Assembly: GCA_964373795.1 (NCBI GenBank) | Contig: CAYJVY010000001.1 | Location: 39,437 to 71,436 of the forward strand | Direction of reading: 5' to 3' | DNA: 32,000 nt | From: an uncultured archaeon | GTDB lineage: Archaea > Iainarchaeota > Iainarchaeia > Iainarchaeales > DATDZZ01 | Shown: one piece after another, positions 8,239-16,098 of the stretch | Position numbering within the stretch: the first letter of the stretch is position 1 | Layout of the letters: every line of letters starts with the position of its first letter | Notes under the pieces: generated by a model | What the model saw: only the letters and a program-made list of their open reading frames with translations | Told to the model about the DNA's origin: nothing | Databases searched by the model: none | Position numbers and translations under genes: made by a program

Positions 8239-8979
8239 ATGATTGTTAAAGATGGAATTCCAACTCATTTAGGAAAACCAGAGCCATGGCATTTAAGAGA
8301 AGGCACTCTTTTAAGGCATTTTGTTTTCGGAGTAGAAGACGGATTAATTTCAACTTTGGGTTTTCTTGCAGGAGTTTCAGGAGCAGCTTTATCAAACCAA
8401 ATAATTTTGTTAGCAGGAGTTGCTGCAGCAGTTGCAGGAGCAATTTCTATGATGGCTGGAACTTATTTAAGTGTGAAATCAGAAAAAGAATTATATTTCT
8501 CTGAATTAGAAAGAGAAAAAAAAGAAATAAAAGAAATGCCTGAAGAAGAAAAAGCAGAAATACGAAAAATATTTGAAGCAAAAGGATTTAAAGGAAAAAA
8601 ACTTGACTTAATTGTTAAAACAATTTGCTCTGACGAACAATTATGGTTGGATGTAATGATGAAAGAAGAATTTGGATTAGTTGTTCCAGAAAATGAATCT
8701 CCATTAAAGTCTTCACTTGCAATGGGAGCTTCATTTGTAGTTGGAGCATTTTTTCCATTATCAGCTTACTTTATTTTTCCAAATCAATCAAATATAATAA
8801 TTTTTTCAATCATTATTACTGGAATAGCTTTATTTGCATTTGGAGCAATTAAAACAGTTTTCACCAAAAGAAATTTAATTAAAAGTGGAATTGAAATGTT
8901 AATTGTTGGATTAATTGCTTCAGGAATTGGATTTGCAATAGGAATACTTGTAAAAAACTATTTAGGAATAAATATTTAA
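8239..8979 (+). CDS. VIT1/CCC1-family iron (Fe2+/Mn2+) transporter
   Basis: FGVEDGLISTLGFLAGVSGA N-terminal motif, an acidic cytosolic helical insert (EKELYFSELEREKKEIKEMPEEEKAEI), and C-terminal TM helices. Confidence 0.75.
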   Translation: MIVKDGIPTHLGKPEPWHLREGTLLRHFVFGVEDGLISTLGFLAGVSGAALSNQIILLAGVAAAVAGAISMMAGTYLSVKSEKELYFSELEREKKEIKEMPEEEKAEIRKIFEAKGFKGKKLDLIVKTICSDEQLWLDVMMKEEFGLVVPENESPLKSSLAMGASFVVGAFFPLSAYFIFPNQSNIIIFSIIITGIALFAFGAIKTVFTKRNLIKSGIEMLIVGLIASGIGFAIGILVKNYLGINI

Positions 8980-8991
8980 AGGAGTGAAAAA

Positions 8992-10494
8992 ATGAAGGCA
9001 AACATTAAAACAGGATTTGAATTAAAAGAAAAAGCATTAAGTGTTTCACTTTTAAGTGACAGTTCATTAAATGAATTAAATAAAAAAAAGGTTTTAAATG
9101 AATTAGAAAAATTAATTCAAATAACAGTAAAAGATGAAGCGCTTGGAAAAAATGTGTCAAAAAGTATTTTCACTAAAATAGTGAAAAATTCCGCTCCATT
9201 AAATTTGTTAGTAATTGGTTTAGGGAAAGAAAAAGAATTAACTCTTGAAAAACTTAGAAGAAGTGTTTCAGGAATTACAAGCAAAGCTAGAGAACTTTCA
9301 TTAGAAGAAATTTCTCTTGAAGTTCCAAAACTAGAAAAATTTTCTTTCCAGGAAACTTTTACTGCTTTAAGTGAAGGATTAATTCTTGGAAGCTATTTAT
9401 TTGATAAATACAAAAATTATTCAAAAGATGAGCCAAAAAAAGAAGTGAAGAAATTGAATTTAATTGTTTCAGCAAACAATTCTAAAACAGCTGAAACATT
9501 GTTAAAAGAAGTTGAAACAATTACTGCAAATGTTTTCATGGTTAGAAACTTGCAAAACGATAACGCTGATGAAATAACTCCTTTAAAACTTGAACAAGTT
9601 TCCAAAGACATTGCTAAAAAATTTAATTTAAAAATCACTGTTTTAACTGAAAAAGAATTGAAAAAACTTGGAATGAATTTAGTTTTAGCAGTAAATCAGG
9701 GTTCAAAATTTCCTCCTAGAACAATAATACTTGAATTTAATGGAAACCCAAAAAGCAAAGAAGTTTACGCAATAGTTGGAAAAGGAATTACATTTGATTC
9801 AGGTGGATTAAATTTAAAGCCAACTGGGTATATTGAAACAATGCGAATGGATATGTCAGGAGCTGCAATTGTTTTGGGAACAATTAAAACCTTAGCTGAA
9901 TTAAAAGTTAAAGTAAATGTAATTGCTGCTTTAACTGCAACTGAAAACCTTATTGGAAAAGGGGCTTACAAACCAGGAGATGTATTCAGAGCATTTAATG
10001 GAAAAACAGTTGAAATAGGAAACACTGATGCAGAAGGCAGATTAATTTTAGCTGATACTCTAGCTTACTTGGAAAAAAACTTTAAACCAGATTTATTCAT
10101 TGACTTAGCTACTTTAACTGGTGCAATTAGAGTTGCATTAGGAGATGTTGTAGCAGGAATGTTTGGAAATTCAAAAGCTGAAAAGGCAATGAAAGAATTA
10201 TTTGAAGTAGGAGAAAAAACAGGGGAAAGAGTTTGGCAGTTACCATTATATGAAGAATTCAAAGAAGACTTGAAATCAGATTTTGCTGATATAACTAATT
10301 CAGGTAAAAGCAGAACAGCTGGAAGCATTAATGGAGCTTTATTCTTGCAAGAATTTGTTGGAGAAACTCCTTGGATTCACTTAGATATTGCTGGAACAGC
10401 AATGCCTGAAAAACCTTTAGGATATGTTCCAAAAAATGGTTCTGGATGGGGAGTGCGCTTGTTAACAGAATTCTTTAAAGAAAAACAAAAATGA
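8992..10494 (+). CDS. pepA: Leucyl aminopeptidase, peptidase family M17
   Basis: VGKGITFDSGGLNLKP and the M17 signature NTDAEGRLILAD. 500 aa. Confidence 0.9.
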   Translation: MKANIKTGFELKEKALSVSLLSDSSLNELNKKKVLNELEKLIQITVKDEALGKNVSKSIFTKIVKNSAPLNLLVIGLGKEKELTLEKLRRSVSGITSKARELSLEEISLEVPKLEKFSFQETFTALSEGLILGSYLFDKYKNYSKDEPKKEVKKLNLIVSANNSKTAETLLKEVETITANVFMVRNLQNDNADEITPLKLEQVSKDIAKKFNLKITVLTEKELKKLGMNLVLAVNQGSKFPPRTIILEFNGNPKSKEVYAIVGKGITFDSGGLNLKPTGYIETMRMDMSGAAIVLGTIKTLAELKVKVNVIAALTATENLIGKGAYKPGDVFRAFNGKTVEIGNTDAEGRLILADTLAYLEKNFKPDLFIDLATLTGAIRVALGDVVAGMFGNSKAEKAMKELFEVGEKTGERVWQLPLYEEFKEDLKSDFADITNSGKSRTAGSINGALFLQEFVGETPWIHLDIAGTAMPEKPLGYVPKNGSGWGVRLLTEFFKEKQK

Positions 10495-10498
10495 TTGA

Positions 10499-10906
10499 AT
10501 GCCTAGAAAAAGAATTTCAAGAAAAAATAAAACTACTAAAAGTGCTTCTGAAAGAAAGTTGCAAAACCCTAAAAAACCTAGTAAACTTGAAATTGAAAGA
10601 AGAAATATTGCTTACATTAGGAAAAACAATGAAAACCCTAAATGGAGGTCAACTGTGTTTTTCCAACCAGGACATTTTGTTACCTTGCAAAGAAGAGGTA
10701 ACACTTATTTTGGCAGAGTTGAAAATCTTGAAGGCTTTGAAGATGATTTAAAGATTGTAGCAAAGTTTACTCATAGAATTGATGCTCGAGGCAAATTTAG
10801 TTTATTAAAGGATTTTCTTGATGTAAGAAAAGCGCCTGTAACTGTGAGTGTTGGTTTTCGAAATCCAAGATTAAGGCGTTATATTAAAGAACCAAAAATA
10901 ATCTAA
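10499..10906 (+). CDS. Hypothetical highly basic protein (135 aa)
   Basis: ATG lies 4 nt after the pepA stop. Lys/Arg-rich N-terminal about 50 aa (MPRKRISRKNKTTKSASERKLQNPKKPSKLEIERR) followed by a beta-rich-looking C-terminal half. No family recognised. Confidence 0.5.
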   Translation: MPRKRISRKNKTTKSASERKLQNPKKPSKLEIERRNIAYIRKNNENPKWRSTVFFQPGHFVTLQRRGNTYFGRVENLEGFEDDLKIVAKFTHRIDARGKFSLLKDFLDVRKAPVTVSVGFRNPRLRRYIKEPKII

Positions 10907-11004
10907 TTTATTTCAATTAAATTATACGAGTATTAAATAACCCTAGGAATTGTTGCAGTAAAATAGCAATTCTTAAAAAGACTAAAACATAATATTGTTT
11001 AAAT

Positions 11005-12927
11005 ATGAGAAAATCCGCAGTAATTGTTTTCTTTGCGGTTTTACTAGTTTTCTTAGCCGTAAATGCATTTGCTACTGATATTGGTTCAAGAAACTCTTTA
11101 TGTGGTTATACTTCAGACCATTTAAACAAACCAAATGGCAGATGCGAACCAAACAAAGGAGAAACATCTGATACTTGCTACATTGATTGCTCTTATGTTA
11201 GTCCTTGTGGAGATCAATGGTGTCAAGGCTGGGAATTATATTCATGCCAGTATCCAAACAATCAATTAGATTCAAGCACTTGTGTGAAAAATGAAAACAA
11301 ATGTGGAGATTGTTCTTCTGTTTGCGGGGATGGGAGATGCGGAGAACTAGAATCCCTTGGATTTGCTTCAAGTCCTCAAACAAGATGGGATGGAACAATA
11401 ATTTATGCTTGCCCTCAAGACTGCAGACCTACTTCAACTTGTGGTAATGGAGTGTGTGAAAAAACCACAAATTATTATCCAGGCGAAGATCAAACAAGTT
11501 GTCCAAAAGACTGTGGATGTGGAACAGGTAAAAGCTTTGACTCAATAAGTGCAACATGTAAAACAAGCTCTGTTTGCGGAAACAAAGTATGCGAATCAGA
11601 TAATAAAACTTTTTTCCCTGTAGAGTCTCCGGCAAACTGTTTAATAGATTGTTCTTGCAATTCAGGGGAATACTTTGACTCAAGCACTGAAACTTGCAAA
11701 AAAATTCCTGAATGTGAAACTGGGACTGCCTTAAATGCAAACAATGTTTGTGTTCCAATTTGTTCTAAAAATAATCCAAGCGAATGTAAAACAAAAGAAG
11801 CATGCGAAGCGCAAAAAATTTATTGGTGTAAAAATCAATCAGGAATAGAAGCATGCTCTGCAACTCCTTGCACTATTGCTTGCAATGCAAACAATTTAAG
11901 TTCTTGCAACAGCAAAGAGAAATGTGAAACAGTAAAACTTTTTTGGTGCACTAAGGACAACAACAGTTATTGCTCTGTAACAGAATGTTCAAAGTGTTCA
12001 GCAAATAGTTTACAGTACTGTATTAATGCAAGTGATTGCGCGCAAGCAAAAGGAAAATGGTGCAAACAAGGCAATGATTTTTACTGCGCTGAATCTTCTG
12101 CTGACTGCCATGACAGAGAATCCCCAGAACCAGAAATAACTCCAAAAAACTTTAATCAGCAAATTCCTGCAATGGATTCAAACAATTTAGATGCAAACAA
12201 CAACCAAAAAAATTCAGGGCAAGAAATTCCAACAATAGACAAGCAACAACCAAATAAAACAGAAAAACAAGAAAAAACTGAAACAAATCCTAGTCAAGGA
12301 AGTTCAAGTAATGATTCAAGTGGAAGTGGAGTTAGCGAAAACCCACGCAGTGGAGGAAACACAGGCTCTGAAAAAGGTTTTGAAAAGATTACAAGAAAAA
12401 ATGAAACTCAAATAAAAGAAACAGAATTAGTTTCATCAAATGAAAAAGTAAATGAACCTGGAAGTGAAAAAAAAGTAAACCCATTAAACGAATTAAACCA
12501 ATCCAGTGAACCAACAAATTTTTGTGGAAACAGTGTTTGCGAAGAAAAAGAATCAAATTATAGTTGTGCAATTGACTGCCCTATTTTAGTCAGGGAAATA
12601 AAAGTTGGAAAAGTTACAAAAATTCCTTCTCAACAAGAAAAATTCGAAATAGCTAAAAAAGTTTCAACAGCAAAAAACAAGTTTGAAAAAGTTAAACAAA
12701 AATTGAAAACAATCAAAGAATATTACAAAAATTCAGGCAATAAAGAAAAAGAAAACAACATAATAATTGTTATAACAATTTTGGAATTAGGGCAAAAAAA
12801 TTTGGTGGAAAACGAGTCAAAATTGGTAAAATCTGAAAAACTAAGCACTGAAGAATTAACTGAAATAAAATATAATTTGAAATTTGTTTCAGAATTCTTA
12901 AAAGATGCTTTAGAAAAGCTTGGATGA
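11005..12927 (+). CDS. Secreted modular cysteine-rich surface/adhesin-like protein
   Basis: Signal peptide MRKSAVIVFFAVLLVFLAVNAFA. About 50 Cys by hand count in aa 33-368 and 507-525. Four CG[DN]xxC[EG]...CxxDC modules and three tandem C-x7-C-x5-C-x7-(W)C modules. Q/N/S/E/K low-complexity linker (aa about 370-505) and a C-terminal coiled-coil-like tail. Confidence 0.7.
   Translation: MRKSAVIVFFAVLLVFLAVNAFATDIGSRNSLCGYTSDHLNKPNGRCEPNKGETSDTCYIDCSYVSPCGDQWCQGWELYSCQYPNNQLDSSTCVKNENKCGDCSSVCGDGRCGELESLGFASSPQTRWDGTIIYACPQDCRPTSTCGNGVCEKTTNYYPGEDQTSCPKDCGCGTGKSFDSISATCKTSSVCGNKVCESDNKTFFPVESPANCLIDCSCNSGEYFDSSTETCKKIPECETGTALNANNVCVPICSKNNPSECKTKEACEAQKIYWCKNQSGIEACSATPCTIACNANNLSSCNSKEKCETVKLFWCTKDNNSYCSVTECSKCSANSLQYCINASDCAQAKGKWCKQGNDFYCAESSADCHDRESPEPEITPKNFNQQIPAMDSNNLDANNNQKNSGQEIPTIDKQQPNKTEKQEKTETNPSQGSSSNDSSGSGVSENPRSGGNTGSEKGFEKITRKNETQIKETELVSSNEKVNEPGSEKKVNPLNELNQSSEPTNFCGNSVCEEKESNYSCAIDCPILVREIKVGKVTKIPSQQEKFEIAKKVSTAKNKFEKVKQKLKTIKEYYKNSGNKEKENNIIIVITILELGQKNLVENESKLVKSEKLSTEELTEIKYNLKFVSEFLKDALEKLG
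11758..12108 (+). repeat. Three tandem 39-aa cysteine modules (protein-level repeat) within the surface protein
   Basis: ICSKNNPSECKTKEACEAQKIYWCKNQSGIEACSATPCT / IACNANNLSSCNSKEKCETVKLFWCTKDNNSYCSVTECS / KCSANSLQYCINASDCAQAKGKWCKQGNDFYCAESSADC. Shared spacing C-x7-C-x5-C-x7-C-x7/8-C-x4/6-C with a Trp before the fourth Cys. Confidence 0.75.
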
Positions 12928-12938
12928 AAAGTGATTAA

Positions 12939-13178
12939 ATGAATAAACAAAGTTTTACATTAATTGTCGTATTTCTAATAATTATTTTTTTAAGCGGGTG
13001 CATAAAGCAAAACTTGTTGCAAAACAATGCACAAAACAATTCAGATGATGGAACAGAACAAAAAATTGAAACAAATCTAGAAACTGAAGGGGAAGCACAA
13101 CAAGAGGCAAGTAAAGCAAAACAAGAAATCAGTGAAGTGCAAAAAGACTTAGATAAATTAGTTAATGATTTAAAGTAA
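12939..13178 (+). CDS. Small lipoprotein-like secreted protein (79 aa)
   Basis: N-terminal hydrophobic helix ending in the lipobox-like LSGC (FLIIIFLSGCIKQ), then an acidic/Gln-rich helical tail. Starts 11 nt after the surface-protein stop. Confidence 0.5.
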   Translation: MNKQSFTLIVVFLIIIFLSGCIKQNLLQNNAQNNSDDGTEQKIETNLETEGEAQQEASKAKQEISEVQKDLDKLVNDLK

Positions 13179-13231
13179 AATTCCTTTTCCTGTTCAATTA
13201 GTATTTAATTTGTTTTCTTTTTACTTTATTT

Positions 13232-14074
13232 ATGCAACCAACAACATTATTTTTTGGAACAGCCGGAATTCCTATTTCGACAAAGCCTTCTTCAATTGTA
13301 AACGGAGTTAAACAAATTAAAAAACTTGGATTGGAGTCAATGGAAATAGAATTTGTTCATGGAATTACAATTAAAAAAGAGGAAACAGCTCAAGAAATTA
13401 AAAAAACAGCTGAAACAGAACAAGTAATGCTTTCATGCCATGGACCATACTTTGTTAACTTGAATGCTCAAGAAGAAAAGAAAAAGCATGCAACAATGAA
13501 TTTCATTAAACAAGCAAGTGAAATGGCTTCACTTGCAGGAGCTTACTCTATTTGTTTTCACATGGCTTATTTAATGGGAATGCCAAAAGAAAAAGTAACA
13601 AAAATTGTTATTCAAAGATTGAATGAAATAATTTCAGACCTGCAATCCAAAGAACACAAAATATGGGTTCGACCGGAAACAGCTGGAAGAATTACTCAAT
13701 GGGGAGAAATAGAAGACATTATAGAGGTTTCAACTCAAGTAGATCAAGTACTTCCATGTGTGGATTTTGCACATTTATTTGCTCACTCTATTGGAAAAAA
13801 TAATTCAAATGAATTCTTTCACTCTGTTCTCGAAAAAATAGAGAAAGGTTTAGGAAAAGAAGCTTTGAAAAACATGCATTGTCATATGGAAGGAATTGAA
13901 TTCACTGAAAAAGGAGAAAAAAAACACGTTACTTTAAAGGAATGCAAATTTAATTTTCAAGGAGTATTAAAAGCATTAAAAGAATTCAATTGCAAAGGAA
14001 TTGTAACATGTGAATCTCCAAACCTTGAAACAGATGCATTAATTCTTAAAAAAGAATTTGAAAAAATTGGTTAA
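13232..14074 (+). CDS. AP endonuclease family 2 / endonuclease IV-like TIM-barrel protein
   Basis: Positional matches to Nfo metal-ligand contexts: SCHGPYFVNL, ICFHMAY, VRPETAG, VDFAHLFA, MHCHMEG, VTCESPN. Confidence 0.6.
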   Translation: MQPTTLFFGTAGIPISTKPSSIVNGVKQIKKLGLESMEIEFVHGITIKKEETAQEIKKTAETEQVMLSCHGPYFVNLNAQEEKKKHATMNFIKQASEMASLAGAYSICFHMAYLMGMPKEKVTKIVIQRLNEIISDLQSKEHKIWVRPETAGRITQWGEIEDIIEVSTQVDQVLPCVDFAHLFAHSIGKNNSNEFFHSVLEKIEKGLGKEALKNMHCHMEGIEFTEKGEKKHVTLKECKFNFQGVLKALKEFNCKGIVTCESPNLETDALILKKEFEKIG

Positions 14075-14104
14075 TATAATTAAGGATTAAAAGAAGTGGA
14101 TTAA

Positions 14105-14686
14105 TTGCTTGGCTTAAATGAAAAAGAATTAGAATTTTTACGTGACTTGAATAGTTGGTGCAGGCAAAACTTTGATTTTGTTTGGAGCATTCCATTTGAA
14201 GAAGGAGAATTCTTGTATTGGCTTGTTCGTTCACTGAAAGCAAAAAAAATTTTAGAAATTGGCACATCATATGGAATGTCAACTTGTTGGCTTGGCCTTT
14301 CTGCACGTGCAAATAAAGGAAAAGTTGTTTCATTAGAACTCCGCGAAGAAGCAGTTGAAGCGGCAAAAAAAAATTTGTCTGAATTAGGCTTGGAGAAAAC
14401 TGTTAAAGTAATTCAAGGAGATGCTTTTGAGATACTGAAACAATTTGCAGAGCAAAAAAAGAAATTTGATTTCATTTTCCTTGATTCCCATAAACAAGAT
14501 TACATTGAACAATTCAAACTCTTTTATCCAATGCTTTCAAAAGGAGCAATAATAGTTGCAGATAATATTCATACTCACTCTCAAGGAACCAAGCCTTATG
14601 TAGAGTTTGTTCAAAGCAATTCAAATCTTTTATCGCAAACAAATCCAATTGGAAATGGAGTGGAATTAACATTAAAACTTAAATAA
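14105..14686 (+). CDS. Class I SAM-dependent O-methyltransferase (caffeoyl-CoA OMT-like)
   Basis: Motif I KKILEIGTSYGMSTCWLG, FDFIFLDSHKQDY, GAIIVADN. TTG is the only in-frame start after the upstream stop. Confidence 0.7.
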   Translation: MLGLNEKELEFLRDLNSWCRQNFDFVWSIPFEEGEFLYWLVRSLKAKKILEIGTSYGMSTCWLGLSARANKGKVVSLELREEAVEAAKKNLSELGLEKTVKVIQGDAFEILKQFAEQKKKFDFIFLDSHKQDYIEQFKLFYPMLSKGAIIVADNIHTHSQGTKPYVEFVQSNSNLLSQTNPIGNGVELTLKLK

Positions 14687-14701
14687 TGGAGGAAAAATTA
14701 A

Positions 14702-15208
14702 ATGCCTTTAACACCTTTTCATTGGAGTATTGTTTTGCTAGGAATTCTTTTCTTTAACACTTTTTATATTCCGGCATTAGCTGTTTCAAGTGTTTTAATG
14801 GATTTAGAGCCTCTTTACTTTCACTTCCTTGTTCCAGATCCAGAAGGATATATTCACAGATTTTTTCATACATATATTGGAGTAACAATTCTTGGCTTGA
14901 TTGTAGGGATTGCTTTAATTAAAGGCAGAAAAATTGTTGACCAATTCATGGGTTTTTTTAAATTAGATCAAAGACTAGTTTCAAGCAAATTAATTTTATT
15001 TTCTTCTTTAATTGGCGCATGGTCGCACGTATTTTTTGACTCGTTTTTGCATAAAGACATTAAACCTTTCTGGCCAATTGAAGTCAATCCTTTTCTTGGA
15101 AAAATAAGTGTAATTAATGTTTATTTAATTACAGGGTTAATGCTTTTTTTAGTTTTCGCAATTTATTTTTGGAGATTAATGAAAAACTTTTCGCCAAAGA
15201 AAAAATAA
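14702..15208 (+). CDS. YdjM/DUF457-like membrane-bound metal-dependent hydrolase
   Basis: Four hydrophobic helices with His/Asp motifs HRFFHTYIG and WSHVFFDSFLHKDIKPFWP, resembling the HRGxTHS and SHLxLDxxT..G..LxxP motifs of this family (from memory). Confidence 0.5.
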   Translation: MPLTPFHWSIVLLGILFFNTFYIPALAVSSVLMDLEPLYFHFLVPDPEGYIHRFFHTYIGVTILGLIVGIALIKGRKIVDQFMGFFKLDQRLVSSKLILFSSLIGAWSHVFFDSFLHKDIKPFWPIEVNPFLGKISVINVYLITGLMLFLVFAIYFWRLMKNFSPKKK

Positions 15209-15240
15209 AAAAAATTTGATTTATTTAAATTTGTATATTT

Positions 15241-15492
15241 ATGTTTGCAAAAAATTTGGAAACAAAAAAAGCCGAAAAAGAAGTGGAAAAGTTTTACACT
15301 TTCTTAATTTTTTTATTTATCTTCAACTTTTTATTAGTGTTATCGTTTCTTTTTTTTGCAGGAATTTACTTAAAACTAATTCCCCTCAATTTTTTGATTA
15401 TATATTTTTTAATAGTAGTTTTTGCACTAATTTTCTTGCCAAAAACAATATACAAATTTTTTTATTCAAAACAAAAAAATAAAGGCAAATAA
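15241..15492 (+). CDS. Small two-helix membrane protein (83 aa), hypothetical
   Basis: ATG-initiated ORF with two long hydrophobic segments and a Lys-rich tail. The competing frame (15216-15482, TTG start) looks less protein-like. Confidence 0.35.
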   Translation: MFAKNLETKKAEKEVEKFYTFLIFLFIFNFLLVLSFLFFAGIYLKLIPLNFLIIYFLIVVFALIFLPKTIYKFFYSKQKNKGK

Positions 15493-15770
15493 TCAAAAAA
15501 TTGGGTTTTTTGAGTTCTAATATTTGGTTGACTGGCATGGCACATATCAATATTCAAAACAAATCACACAAAATTGGTTGCATGTAAAAAAAGTGAGCTA
15601 GACAACCACTAAAACAGCTTTTCTCCAGGTAAAAACACATTTTGAAGGCATTTTTTATACGTAATTAGCTATGCAAAAACATCTTGAAATTGCCATCTTC
15701 GTTTCTTGTCGTAATGTTTAAAAACTTGTTTTCCTTTTATTTTTTTGAACAGAAAAATAAATGATTAAGG

Positions 15771-16082
15771 ATGAATGAGCTTAGTAAAACAGTTAGTGAA
15801 TTAAAAGAAGCTGAAAAAGAAAAAACTTCCATTATTGAATCTGCTTTGAAAGAAAAAGAAGAAATAATTCAATCAGCTTTAGAAGAATCTAAGAAAACTA
15901 TAGAGGAAACTCAAAAACAGGCAACCCAACAACAAAACAAGTCCTTGGAAAAAGCCAGAAAACAATTAGATGAAGAAATTGAAAAAATTTCTAAAAAAGC
16001 TTTAAGCGATTCAGAAAAATTTTCTAAAACTAAAATGAACTCTTCTTTGAAAAAAAAATTAAGTGAAATAATAGAACTTTAA
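15771..16082 (+). CDS. atpH: A-type ATP synthase subunit H
   Basis: 103-aa Glu/Lys-rich helical protein at the first position of an H-I-K-E-C-F-A-B-D operon. Confidence 0.7.
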   Translation: MNELSKTVSELKEAEKEKTSIIESALKEKEEIIQSALEESKKTIEETQKQATQQQNKSLEKARKQLDEEIEKISKKALSDSEKFSKTKMNSSLKKKLSEIIEL

Positions 16083-16098
16083 AAAAAAGGTTTTTGAA

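Noticed and set aside
8286-8504. 72-aa + strand ORF and 65-aa - strand ORF (8246-8443) inside the VIT1 gene
   Set aside because: Off-frame Arg/Ser/Cys-rich and Leu-rich translations of a region that clearly encodes the VIT1 N-terminal motif and first TM helices.
10491-10751. 86-aa + strand ORF overlapping the pepA stop and the start of ORF 10499-10906
   Set aside because: It is an alternative frame of the longer 135-aa ORF. It is shorter, lacks an RBS of its own, and would overlap 4 nt of pepA. The 10499 frame is preferred, although neither has a recognised family.
15216-15482. TTG-initiated 88-aa ORF competing with ORF 15241-15492
   Set aside because: Same region in a different frame. The ATG-initiated frame gives a cleaner two-helix membrane protein. 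Even that call has low confidence.
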